This document shows, in pieces, positions 48,872-62,427 of a stretch of 64,000 nucleotides of DNA. The DNA lies in the NCBI RefSeq assembly GCF_021028975.2, contig NC_059433.1, forward strand, positions 23,002,001 through 23,066,000. The letters run 5' to 3'. Source of the DNA: Sphaerodactylus townsendi. Its lineage: Eukaryota. Positions within the stretch are counted from its first letter, which is position 1; each line of letters starts with the position of its first letter. Position numbers and translations under genes: made by a program. Below the pieces are notes generated by a model, which did not search any database, was not told where the DNA came from, and was given only the letters and a program-made list of their open reading frames with translations.

Positions 48872-49631
48872 GTTGCAAGAGGCTGGGTAAGGAATCTTTA
48901 ATACCAGTATATACGAAGATCAGCTCTCGGAAGAAAATCCACAGAGAAAGATATGATTCAAATTTGACAGTCTTTATTGTAGGGATAAAGGGTTTACAAT
49001 CACTTGATTCAATGCAGCAAACATACACAGAGTTCCTAAGATATAAATAGATTGGAAAATAGATTTGGAATAGAAAAGGAGTATGGGGTATATGGGCAAC
49101 ACAACCTGATCACGACATGAAGAGGATTCAGTGTTCAGAGCCAAATGACCAGCACTTGGTTCCAGGGGGCAATGCATTGGCACAGCGACAAAGATGGAAA
49201 GGTGTCAGTGGCACAGGAGCAATTGGCTCTTTGGAGGGTGGGGTTTTTATAGGTTGAGAATCCACCTCTGGGGGTGTCAGGCCTTTGGGGGGTGTTAGGA
49301 CAACCTCTGGGAAGTGTCCAGATGGATTGTTTGAGAAACAATCGAGTGCACTGTAAGGTGATCAGAAGAAGTTAGTTACAGAAAAGAGTATCTGGGTTAA
49401 GATAATCAGGTGAGGCAATGACATCAGAGGTCTTCTTGTGGCTGGACATGAGTATCCATTCAGTAGGATTACTGTATCTTGTTGAGAACATATTCTTCCT
49501 TGGCTGTGGAGCTGAAAATGTGCTGGTATGGGAAACAAGCTGAGAGCATGAGAACCAGAAAACAGTTTCTGAAAGTTTCTTATATGTAGACCTGGCTGTT
49601 TCCAGAGAAAGGGCTCTCCATCTCTGCAATA
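48872..49631 (-). mobile_element. Putative solo LTR
   Basis: Inverted termini TGTTGCA/TGCAATA; minus-strand TATAAAAA ~49250 then AATAAA ~48978; no TSD found. Confidence 0.4.
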
Positions 49632-50188
49632 CCAGCATCACTCTTTAGGCAGGCATATGAGCAGGGATATCTGTGAATGAGTACCTCCCCCCCCCCCCCC
49701 CCCCTGCTATGCCAGAGTGGTATGGTAACAGTTGCTTGCTCCTGGCAAGTGGTAGCTATTTTCACTTGAAACAAATTTATACACATTGCACTTGTTTTGG
49801 AAGAATTCTGACGCATAAATTGTGGATGCCAGTTAGTTTGATTAAAGCTGGCATGCTTTTAACAACACAGAGGGCCAGTGGCACCTTAAACGTTATTTCA
49901 GCATAAGCTTTGCTCAGTCAGAGTATGCCTCATCAAAGGCAAATACCATGCATCTAGAAGTGTGATAACATTTATATTCACAATATTAAGATGGGATGGG
50001 TGGAGAGGCTACAAAGAGGTTCGAAACTGTAATCAGTATCTCTTTTTATTTAGAATTTGATTAAGTATATCATAGTGAATTTGTCTTTTCATTTATACCT
50101 ATCCATGCAACTGGATGCATGTTTGTGTAGTAGTATTACCCAAGGTAATACTTCTACTCCCCATGCAGCTATACTAGTTCTTTTAGAG

Positions 50189-50324
50189 CAGGGGTCTGCA
50201 ACCTGTGGCTCTCCAGATGTTCATGGACTACAATTCCCATAGCCCGTGCTAGCATGGCCAAGTGGCAGGGCTGATGGGAATTGTAGTCCATGAACATCTG
50301 GAGAGCCACAGGTTGCAGACCCTG
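50189..50324. mobile_element. Palindromic hAT MITE
   Basis: TSD TTTTAGAG; same family as 5865. Confidence 0.88.
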
Positions 50325-52553
50325 TTTTAGAGGTTTCATGTTGTACTGTAAGCTCTTTTTCCTCGTTTGACCCTATTAGTGCCAGGACAAGATTATATCT
50401 TCCATCAAGCTAAAGTTCTGTATGTGAATATTGTGGCTGTCCAGTTTGTTGAAGGGATTTGTGCCTGTATCCCAAGTTTGCATAATCTGTGGAGCAACAG
50501 TAGCGCACTCTTGCTGCTTTGGCCAGTGAGGTGTTCTGATTGGGAACTGCAATGGTATTTCCACGGATTGACACAGATGAGGAAATGTGCAATTGAGTGA
50601 GTTCTCATTTACAATATAGTAGTTGTTGCAATAATGTTAGTGCAAAGCAGCTTTTCTTAATTTTTGATTGCTTATCTGACTGTTGAAAACATTTTTGTCC
50701 CAAAAGAGAAGCTTTCCTCTTGCCCACCACGATGCCACATCATCACTCCCTTTAAAATATTTAGGGGAGATCAAAGAAAGCTGGAAAACATTGATGCTTG
50801 GAACAGTTCGGATATTTGACTGTATTGACTGTTAACATGATGAATATTTGCTTCTTAAGGAAATAATGAGAGACTTTTATACCAGAGGTATTTCAATTAG
50901 TGAAACTGCTTAAGAAAGGAAAGACTTTACATATTTTCTCGTGAACATGTGCTTAAATGCCAGATATTAACTTCATACTCCTTTAATATTCCTTTAATTT
51001 CCACAATAGTCACATTAAGTCCATATAGTGATAATAGTGCTAAGGAGCACACACATCCCCTTTCCTCCCCGCCAAAGAGTGTTTGGTGATATTCAGTGGA
51101 ATTGAGCGGAGTAGGAAGCACGAAACTCTTCCTCTATGAGTTCATGAACAGTTGGATACATGGTGATATCATCAGTTACTTGGAGGGTGGTAGTAGGCTG
51201 GATTTGAGCCACTAAACCGAAGCTTGATCCAAATAAGAATGAATCACTGTTGGCTGATTATTGCCAATCAAGATGCGGAGTTGGTCTCTGCAAGATGGGC
51301 TATCAGTCCCCTTTAGAATATGTTTGAAGGTGCTCTTAGGTTCAGGTCTGCTTGGGAAGCCTCCTGTCAGGTTAATAAAACTTTTAGCCAACCTGGGTAG
51401 GAGAGCTAACCATGGACTCTTCCTTGAAATACATGATTTGGGTCCGTGGATAACACCCTAACTGCATTACAGTAATATACTCGATATATGATTCCCTGTG
51501 AAAGCTATTTGGAAGCTTCAAGTGGTACACAATACAGTAGGAATTGCACCAGTTTTAAAATCTGTAGTGATTCCATTGATAGGTTGTTTCTGAGCCCATT
51601 TCAAAGTGCCTTTGATGTCCTAAATATAGCCAAGTAACATAGTATGTATGCTTACTCCTATATGAACTTGCTCTGAGTTCAATTCATCTAGTTTCAGTGG
51701 AGTTTCTTTACTTAAACTAAGTAAATAAGCTCCACTGAAATCAGCTGAATTGTTTAGCATCTCTAATGGACTGATTTTTTCCCCTCTTAGGAAATGATTA
51801 AGCATGTTTCAACTGAAAGTTTGTCCTTGTCTTTTGTTTCAAGGAAGAATATTGAGATATTTTACTATAACTTTTTCATGTATTGCTGTATGCAGTACAT
51901 ATGCATATAGCTCCCAAGTTGTGGAATGGTTGTGGGTGGTATATATTATACTCTGTTCAGGATAGAGATGACAGAATATTTGTGAATCATCCATCATTCC
52001 CTGGACCGTCTTTGTTCTAGAATGCTTCACTTGGGTACTAGTGCCTTGGGAACAGAACTAGGTAGAGACCAGGACCCAAGTGGAGCATTCTAGAACAAAG
52101 ACAGTCTAGGAAACAGCAGATGAATTAAAAAATCTCCTGTCATCTTTATCCTTAACAGCGTGTAGCAGTAGATGTAATTCCACCACTTGCTGCCTTGAAC
52201 CTCTGTCTGTTTGATCTATTTACAATTATATTGTAAAGTTAATTGTCATTATGCAGCTTCAACTCTACCATTTGTCAACTCGGCCCACTTTCCTGATCAT
52301 AGGAATTCATACCTATGACAGATTTTTAACTACTTCTCTACCCACCCACACACAAAGAGAACATTTGGTAAATACAGACATCTAGTGAGGAAATCAAAAC
52401 ACACATAATATTTATTACTTGGCAAACCTAAAGTTATTAAATTATATGCACTGCCAGTTTGAGGCAGTAGTGAAAACATTTCCCCTGTCCTTGCCTTCCT
52501 GAAACAGCCCTGTGAGAGCACCAAAAAAAGGAGATGCGAATATTGAGGGAACA

Positions 52554-53285
52554 TGTATTGTTGAAGGCTTTCACGGCCGAAATCACTGGGGTGCTGTGTG
52601 GTTTCCGGACTGTATGGCCGTGTTCTAGCAGCTTTCTCTCCTGATGTTTCACCTGTATCTGTGGCTGGCATCTTCAGAGGATCTGATAGTAGGAATGGAA
52701 AGCAAGTGGAGTATATATACTGTGAGGTCAAAAGGTAAAGCCCTCTGAATAGGATAGCCTGGTATGTGAGTCACAAAGAAGTCTGTAGCCTGGGAGTAAC
52801 AATGAAGATAGCAAGGTCAATAGGTGAATGCATCTGAGTAGAAGTATCCTGGTCTTTGTTTCCTTTGGTTGCTATTGTCTATAGTTGTCCTGTGTGTGCA
52901 GCTGGTTATTCACTGTCTTGATTCTAGAATTTTTCAACACTGGCAGCCAAATTTTGTTCATTTTCATGGTTTCTTCCTTCCTGTTGAAGTTATCCATGTG
53001 CTTGTGAATTTCAATGGCTTCTCTGTGTAGTCTGACGTAGTGGTTGTCAGAGTGGTCCAGAATTTCTGTGTTTTCAAATAATATTCTGTGTCCAGGTTAG
53101 TTTATCAAGTGTTCTGCTGTTGCTGATTTTTCTGGCTGAAATAGTCTGCAGTGCCTTTCGTGTTCTTTAATTCGTGTCTGAGCGCTGCGTTTGGTGGTTC
53201 CTATGTAGACTTGTCCACAGCTACATGGTATGCGGTAGACTCCTACAGTAGTTAGAGGACCCCTCTTATCCTTTGCTGAACGTAT
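52554..53285 (-). mobile_element. Penelope-like element 3' part (GIY-YIG endonuclease + hammerhead at 52639-52681)
   Basis: Minus translation GVYRIPCSCGQVYIGTTKRSAQTRIKEH...REAIEI; hammerhead core downstream of the ORF. Confidence 0.88.
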
Positions 53286-53510
53286 TCAACAAATGCTACG
53301 TATTTGCAGAATGTATTCAACAAATGCTACTGAAACGCTTGGGAACAGTATGGTGGGTGGTTTGGGTGTTCTGCAGTAAAGAATAAAGGCAGAAATCCCC
53401 TCAGCCTGTTCTTTTGGCGGAATTGTGCCTTTAAATTCAAGCTTTTGTAAATAAATTATGTAATAATTCTAAGGAACGTCTGTTCAATTTCCCTCTAAAC
53501 TTTTCTGTAG

Positions 53511-53638
53511 GTTCTAGCTTGCTAGTAGCAGCTCAAGATGCCACAGAAGATGAGGAAACATTGGAAGCAATGGAAGATACGGTAGTTGAAGATGAAGATG
53601 ATGAAGCAGAAGTTGAAGAGGATGAACCCACAGAGTTG
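53511..53638 (+). CDS. SSR1: SSR1 exon 2
   Basis: AQDATEDEE...[17 protein letters not shown]; canonical splice sites. Confidence 0.95.
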
Positions 53639-54079
53639 GTACGTTCCAAAGGGTTTTTCAGTTCCTGAAACTAATGTGCTGAAGTAGATGGTTCTTCCCA
53701 AAATGCTCCAAGTGTCACGGTTAGCTTCCATATATCAAAATATTTGTACCACTTCAAAAGTAAATGTAAATTGACAAAGCCAATTCACCTAGTAAATGAA
53801 CCAAGAACTGCATTGCTAGAGGAACAGAATTGGTGTTTACAAGGAGAGAAATGCACACTAATTTGGAGGAAAGAAATCTGCTGGGAGGTTGGCATGACCC
53901 TGTTAGCATGGCTTTTATCCCCTGCCTTATGAATTATTGGATTTTCATATTATTTCTCATACTGTGTGCTACCAAAATGCCAGTTTCCATGTTTGTATGG
54001 GTGGATAGCAGAGTGTCCAAGCTGAAAGCAAGCCTAAGGCAAAACAGTCTGTTTGCAGAGATTAGATCTATGAGTTACT

Positions 54080-54980
54080 CCAGTGATACCATCTGGACGC
54101 CTCATAACAAGGACATGCATCTTTGATTATCCCACCCTGCCAGAGTACTCCGTTAACATAATGGAATCTCCTGAACACCACACCTCGCTAAGCTGTTTTT
54201 GGAAGCCCCTGATACTGTGCTCTTGAGAAAACATTTCTCCAAACCATTGCCTCTTCCATGCATTTCCCCCACCTCTCAGATACAATCTCCCCAACAACAA
54301 GATCCCTTCCTGATTCACTCAAGCCTCAGCCAAATTTGAATACTTAAGGCAGAGACTTTAGGAAGCACCTCTGCATAAACCATTCAAGGTATCACTGATA
54401 TAATCTAGGACCAATTGACCCCAATGTTCTGGGAAGTAGAGATAATAGCTAGAGCTGCTAATTAGCTCAACCCCGCAAGTCCAGCAAGGAAACCCCAAGC
54501 AGTTGCAGAAAAACGAAACCTACGTTTGAATTTCCCGCCTTACCTGCCCAAAGGGGTATAAAAGTTCTGCTCACCAGAGCCTCAGTGCTCATTACTAGCC
54601 TGAACCTCCTTGGTCAAGTTGGTATGAGACACGGTATATCATCCTTCGCTTGGGTCCTTATGCTGGCATAGAGATCCTTGCCCTCTTCTGGAACTTCTCT
54701 GCAGATTTAGGTAACGTATAAGTCCCCTGCTTCCCCAACTCCCATTCTATCATCCAACTCTATCCTTTTCCTCCCTATCTATATATCTAGGAACTGTGTG
54801 TATGAGTCTTAACGTCTCACTGTGTGATGGTTTGCAACCAAAATTTATATAAACATATTTGAACTACAATTTGGTCTCTTTTGTGAATTCTCTGCAGATA
54901 CGTTTCTGGTATATCTGTCTAAAAAGATTCCCCTCCCAGCCTACCTCTTGCATTGCCAAGCCGAGTAATTCCCCGTTACT
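54080..54980 (+). mobile_element. Putative solo LTR
   Basis: Compositionally distinct block with GGGTATAAAAG at ~54554; termini not clearly resolved. Confidence 0.35.
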
Positions 54981-56885
54981 ATATAAAAATAAGTTTGTAT
55001 ACTGTTAAGCTGGGTAACAACCTCCTGGCTTGATTATGGATGGGCCACACTTCAGAAAACCTGTCATTTGATGTGTGATTTGTTGCTTTCAGTATTGGTG
55101 TGACGTTGCTCCTGAACTAGAGTAGGTTTTTCATCTTTTACATGGTATGTAGTTTGCATATATAGTTATTTGGTTCTGGAGTGTCTGATATTTTAGTATA
55201 GGTTATAGACTATTGCAGGAGAAATAAAATCATGCATGAAAATATAAAGGACGTGGGTTCATAATGATGGCATTTTCCAAACAGGTGGTAGCAGGGTGCG
55301 TTTGACTTAAATCAAATCAATTTAAATCACTAGTCAGTAAGACTAGATTTAAATAATTGTTTTTTTCCATAACGACTCATTCTTGGTGATATAATCTTAA
55401 TATTTACAGCCAGATGAAGATTTTATTTTTAGAATAGTAACTTTTCAGATTACTTTTTACAGTTTTAACAAAAATTACTGATTTGGTTAAAATATTAGAA
55501 ATACATAGGTAGATAATTATGAAATTATTGTGAGGTGAACTATCTCCAGTTTCATTTAGGCCACTAGGCCTTGCATTTCTTTGTTGTAGTCTTTTCATTT
55601 TGAATGCAGGCCTGCCTTACCTTCAGGTAGAGGAACTTCATTAAAACATTCCCAAACTGAGTCCTTTTACGGCCTGTTGCCATTATAGATTTTTTCATCC
55701 CTTGTGGAGATAAATCTTAGATTTGCAAAGGAAGAATAGAGTAAGGTCTCTTCTCAACTCTGTGTCTTTATAACATTTTTGCTGTGAAGAAGAGACATGT
55801 TCACAGTTTTGAGAACTGCAAAACCAAGCATTTGTAATATTAGATAGAAAAATTGGCTGAGATAATCATGCTGTGAATTGTTGCTTTGGAGATATATATA
55901 TATATATTTAGGACAGATCTACATGGAGCATATTAGAATAGTTCAACGTGTAGGTTATGGTAGCATGACTCCATGTGGCTAGTTTGGCAGAGACTAGATA
56001 AGGGACCCACTTACACGTTTGATGTCATTGAAAGAAAGCACTCAACAGCACTAACTTGTTTATCCATTAACAGAGATCCAAAAAGCAGAGATCCAAAAGC
56101 AGTCCAAGCAACGGAAAGCTTAACCCTTTTTATATAGCGGATCATATCACCCTGTGTTATCCCGGCATAGTTCAGAGAACCGGTTGTTACCTTTGAGACT
56201 CTAAATAAGGGCTTTTTGAAGGACCACTTTTTTCCATACTGTACAGCCTGCCAGTTAAGATTTCTGTATCTTTCTATTTGCAGAGATGTGGTGGATGTCA
56301 ACCAGGGACAGGGACCTTTTCTTTGGTGCCCGGGCACTGAAATGCCTTCCCCCTTGAAGCCTGTTTTTTACCTTCTTACTTGCACATTTGTCTGAAGGGT
56401 TCCATTTTTTAAAATCTGTTTTCTGTTTCCACTCTTAAGGGCTGTTTTACCAATATTATTTTAAGGTGTTGAATGTTCTGTTCTCTTTTTATGGACCTGC
56501 CTTGTTTTATTAGCTTCAACTAAGTTTTTTACTTCATTGTATGGCTTTTACTTTGTGAACTGACTTAAGTAGTCAAGTTCTGTCTTATAAATATTTTTTA
56601 TTAATAATATGTAGCAGCCAGCACCTGAAGGATCCCATTTTGGACTGATTCTTAAAAGATTATTGTTAAAAATTGGAAATGTTTTCCCATCTGTGGTTAT
56701 TGTAATACTTTTTAACTATCCTGTCCGCTTTCTGCTCCATTAAGCATTCAGGGTTTAAGATTATGGGGGAGACGGTGTGTTTTTGTGGAAATACTTTGTG
56801 GGCATTTGGAATACAGTGACCTATTTGAAAATTCATTGCTTCACTGTTCATCATAGGGTTTTCAAAAAGCCTTCTCTTGTCTTAG

Positions 56886-56973
56886 ACAGAAGATAAAGAG
56901 GAAGAAGACCTATCAGGAGAACCTAAAGCATCACCCAATGCTGATACAACCATCTTATTTGTGAAAGGAGAAG
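56886..56973 (+). CDS. SSR1: SSR1 exon 3
   Basis: [29 protein letters not shown]; 88 nt. Confidence 0.96.
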
Positions 56974-57020
56974 GTAAAGTGTGGCCGAGTTCAACATCAA
57001 TGCAGCATCCTTTTTGTTGA

Positions 57021-57428
<408 letters not shown>

Positions 57429-58067
57429 TAGTATTTGTTGGTCATCCAAATGGTGCTCATCAGCATGTCATCTTGACGCTGGTTAGGGCTCTGGTTACTA
57501 TTCTGTTTGTCCTAATCTATAGTTGCATTTCTGGACAATCTAGAAATAGGTGGTTTAAGAATAATGTCATTATAGTTTAGGATCTGCATTTTAAACTGTT
57601 TTGCCTCTATACTTTTTTCCAGTGACATTATTCAAACTGTGAATTGAAATTGGGTGGGGGAGGGGGGAGGCATAACTCTGTCTCAATTACGCTACCGGTA
57701 CTTGTATTGTTAACATACTTTTTATCCCTGGTATTCACAATGTTGAAAATTTCTCATCTCTTGTGTGTTGGGATAAAGCATTGACTGCCGCGTGTATACA
57801 TACCGGTAGCATCTAGGCCCATTTTCTAGTAAACTGACATACTGTTACTTATTTATGTTGCATAAGGAATTGAAGAGTTGTAAACAGATACAGAGTACAG
57901 GTCATCCTGAATACCTACAGTATCATTACTGCCATCTGCTGGGCAGACTTCATTATTGCATTCAAGTGGTGGTTAAAAGTTAAGAGGGCCTCTTAGTAAT
58001 CTGGCCTACTTATTGTTAAATTAAATCTTATCAGAAGAGTTCACTGTGGGTCTGTTTTTCATTTTAG

Positions 58068-58144
58068 GGGAACTTTTTCCAAGATGCTGTTTTCAATCAA
58101 ACTGTTACAATTATTGAAAAAGAAGATGGATTGGATGGTGAAAC
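58068..58144 (+). CDS. SSR1: SSR1 exon 5
   Basis: GNFFQDAVFNQTVTIIEKEDGLDGET; 77 nt. Confidence 0.96.
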
Positions 58145-58645
58145 GTAAGATTAATAATATCTTATTTGCTCATTTATAGCTATCTGCTAGTGTTTTAAAA
58201 GTTGTGGGTTTGGTTTTTGTTTAATTTTTTCCCATTAGGACTAGTAAGCACTGTTCTCATTTTAGCCATCAAAGCTTTAGGAAGGATAGAAAAAAATTTG
58301 TTCTCTCCATTAGAAAATTAAATGATTATTTCTATTAAAGGTCACAGTAACAAATTAAGTGGGCTATTAGATGAGTTACAGCTTAATCCGACTATGAATG
58401 TAAATTTTAATCCGGATGTGCATTGGACTGTCTGTCCAGTGGATGGGACTGGTGTCTCATGATTCACCATCATCTGGTTCCTGCCATATGGGGATGAATT
58501 TTAGCAGTATTCATAATATTGTAGACCAATATTGCAAAACTTGTTAAGATGCTCCTTTTTAATTTGACCAATGTTGAGGGATAACTGCTATTTTTATAGC
58601 TTTCTGGTTTAAACAAACCAATTCACAAGACTTTTTTCTCTTTAA

Positions 58646-58738
<93 letters not shown>

Positions 58739-60465
58739 TGATTTTACATAGCCACTTTCTTTGACTGAAAGATTAAACACCCCATCCAGGGTGTGTGGTG
58801 TGTGTAAATCTGCCAGTGGATTTGCCCTCCCTGGGGCACTTTCCCCAGTAGAGCGACAATTCCGTTGGTGTACTGCTGCCACCCCCCGGCACTGGGATGT
58901 AGTGCCAGTGTCCCAGTATTCCTATCACTACTACTGGCATAGTGGGGCGGGCCGATAACTCAGCTGGAGAGGAGCCAATTTTAGATGGCACCTCTCCTGG
59001 CCATTTGTGGCATTACATTGGTGGCCAGGGATTCAGATTTACGCCACCCTTTTGGGTGGCATATGTTTATTGAGCTCCATAGAGGCTTCTTGGAAGTGGG
59101 GAGACTTTTTCACTTTTTGAGCCTCCCCCATGCTGCTGGAAAGACGGGGAGAGGGTGGAGCGGCCAGCTCTTGGGTGGGGCTGCCCATGCTGCTAGCCCT
59201 GTTAGTTCATAGATGATCAGAAAGTGGTGAGGAAAGCTATGTGTACAATCTGCACTCTTGAATTGAAAGGTCATATATGGTAGGGAGAGTGGTCCTTAAC
59301 CCAAAATCAAGTGTGTAACTAACACATTCTTTAGATCAATGGCACTGTTTCTGTTTATCTTAGGAATTATCTGTTCAACTAACAACTTCATGCTAACTCT
59401 GTAACTAAATGATTTTAAACTGCGCTGCATTATTTTACTAATGAATTTAAGCTGTACAATCATGAAGTCTAAAGGCAAGTCTGAACTTAGTGACAGGCAT
59501 TTAAAAATGCAGATGTTCATTATGCCAGAAAAGTGAACTATAGTTGTGAAATGGGGAACGTGTGGCGTTCCTGCACATCGTCAAGCTCTGCATGCCAGGT
59601 CTGTACCTGATCTTCAGACATGAGTCATGTATCAGGCACGGCTTAAGCCAACACTACAAGTGGCAAAAACATGTAGACAAAACCAGAAAAATCCTGTGAT
59701 AGATCTCATTCTACTGAAAATGTTCTTAACCATTTTATATAGATCTTTAAATGTGCGCTGCCAAAGTTAACTACTGTTAAAATTATAAAATCTTTGAAGA
59801 TTCTGTTTTGTGGTCGAAGTATCCTTTCCCCGCCGTCTGAGGCTAAAGGCTTTCTTGATCACATTGCTGAAATTTACGAACTCCCTCTTCAGGGAGATTC
59901 ATCTGTCTGTCTTCTACAAGTTGGGGAAGATGTCTTTGTTGTGTTTGATGTTCCTCACTAACTCTTATTAGTGCATTTTTATTTGCACCTTCTTATTTCT
60001 GCATTTTTATGTTACATTTTATTGTTCTACATATTTTGCATATATTTTAATGCCTTTTAAGGTCTCAACATTTTTAATGTTTGCTGTCTTTAGGACCCTG
60101 AATTGAATGGAAAAGCAGCACAGAAATGTTAAGTTATGAATAAATAAAGCATACTGGTTAAACAGCTTCAGTTGCTTGCTGTAGCTTTAAACAACTTTCT
60201 TTTGTTGTACAGTTGACATGTTTTAATCGTTTAATAGCTCTTGCTATAATTGTGGAGCAAGAAAGGTGACAACGATTTAAAGAGCATTGATGTGCTGAAA
60301 CTACACTTCAGTTACGTGAAGTTAGTTGGTTATTGTTTCTGAACATATTCATGAACAATGAAAGTTTTATTTCCTTTACATTTGCAAATTAACTTGATAG
60401 TTGTGGCACGTGCCCTTTATAGTGTAGAAAATCTCATTCTCCAGAGGAAATAATGTCGTTTCTGA

Positions 60466-60576
<111 letters not shown>

Positions 60577-61356
60577 TAAAACTTCCATGGACTGATAGTT
60601 TAACAGATTGAAAAAATTCTTCCATGTTCTTAGTACACTTGGAAAAAGGATTGCTATAATAATCTTCCTGATTTTGCTTTCTGAAAAGATTGACCTTGTA
60701 ACAGCTTGTGTCTTTTGTTGAAATTATTAAAGTTGGTGTCAAAGCCACAATTTTACTAGAAAGTATTTTGCAGAAAGAGTTCTACTTTTACTTCTAGATT
60801 GCTTTAACTTTTTTTATCAGCAAGCCTCAATCCAAAATTGAGATTGCAAAAGAGCCTGAAGAATTTACAGCTCAATCCACAGCCTTGGGACAGCCAGGGA
60901 TGGTGCCATTGCAGCTCCACCCTGCCACCTTCAGAGGGCTTTTCGGCAGTGTTGGAATGCAAAACAAACACACACACATCCAACCCTTCCATTAGACTCA
61001 GTGGATCTACGCCACCCCAAGCCCAGGCCACTGCGTATCTGGAGACAAAGCCAGGGTGGAAGCCAACTAAGGTTGGCTCCATCCCTGGTCGTGCCAGCGT
61101 TTCAGCAGGCTGCAGTGGCTGTCCACTGGTGTATTTGCCCCTCCACTGGTGTAAGTGCACTGGGGTGGGCAGATCCACTGGCTTAGGCCCACTCCACTTC
61201 CTGACAGTGATTCTCTCACACACACACATTCTCACACACACACATTCTCACACACACACACACACACCACCACCACCACCACCCCCGACTGGGCTGTTAA
61301 TATTGAAATGTTTGAGTTTTCATGTTACTTAGACCAGTGCTCCCCAACCCCTATGA

Positions 61357-61864
61357 CAGTGATGACGAACCTTTTCGAGACCGAGTGCCCAAACTGCAAC
61401 CCAAAACCCACTTATTTATTGCAAAGTGCCAACATGGCAATTTAACTTGAATACTGAGGTTTTAGTTTAGAAAAAACGGTTGGCTCCGAGGCATGTGTTA
61501 CTCAGGAGTAAGCTTGGTGGTAGTCGGTGACTTTGCTTTGAAGCAACTGTGCAACTTTTCCAACACGTGAATCACGACCCTAGGAGGGTTTACTCAGAAG
61601 GAAGCCCCATTGCCAGCAACCGAGCTTACTCCCAGGTGAAGGATCACACTTTTCTTCTTTGCATGAAAATCAGTGGGGTTAAACAGCACTTAACAGGGTT
61701 ACCTACACTGCTTCCCCAAAACTAGGTCTTAGGTTTAATGCTAATAATCGAGCCCAGCGGCCTAGGCCAGCCTAAATGTGTGGGGGGGGGGCACTCTGCG
61801 CATGCCCACAGAGAGGGCTCTGAGTGCCACCTCTGGCACCCGTGCCATAGGTTCGCCACCACTG
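61357..61864 (+). mobile_element. hAT non-autonomous element nested in another hAT
   Basis: TIRs CAGTGrTGrCGAACCT; exact TSD CCCTATGA; host element begins CAGTGCTCCCCAACC at 61335. Confidence 0.88.
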
Positions 61865-62412
61865 CCCTATGAGCTTTTAGGTACCTTTGGAATTTTGAGA
61901 GGTGATGGCGAGTGCCACTCCAAAATGGCTGACACAGAAGGCAGAACCAAACTGGGTACCTCTTTCCTAACACCTCCTGGGAAGATGGAAAGTATGAAGG
62001 GGGATTGGAACCACACACTGACTAAGGAAAGCCCAGATGCTTGTCGGTCGTTCTGATCCTTCAGTGGAAAACCCTTTAAGAACATTTCATTTGAATGAGG
62101 GTGGCAATGACAAGTCCTTCCTTACAATGGACCCACCTACTTTCTGGAAAGCTTAATTGGTGCCAAGGGAAATTCTGGTGGACACTACATTGAGGAACTC
62201 TAATTTATTTGTAATTTGTAGAGTCAGAGACAAAATTATGACTAGTAATATTATATCATGAATCTTTTTTGAGGAAGTATAGAGATTTAGACAAGGAACC
62301 CAAATTTTGCAGGCTTCAATTCAAATATGTGGTATTAAATCTTTTATCTACTTTGTGGACTTCTTCTAACATCTCTGCTGTCTCTTCTGTTTCGCTTTTC
62401 CTGTGGCTTCAG

Positions 62413-62427
62413 TGCAAAGTAGAAGAG
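62413..62427 (+). CDS. SSR1: SSR1 15-nt alternative microexon (MQSRR)
   Basis: TTCTAAC branch point, ~40-nt pyrimidine tract, CAG|TGCAAAGTAGAAGAG|GTGAGA; frame-preserving. Confidence 0.85.
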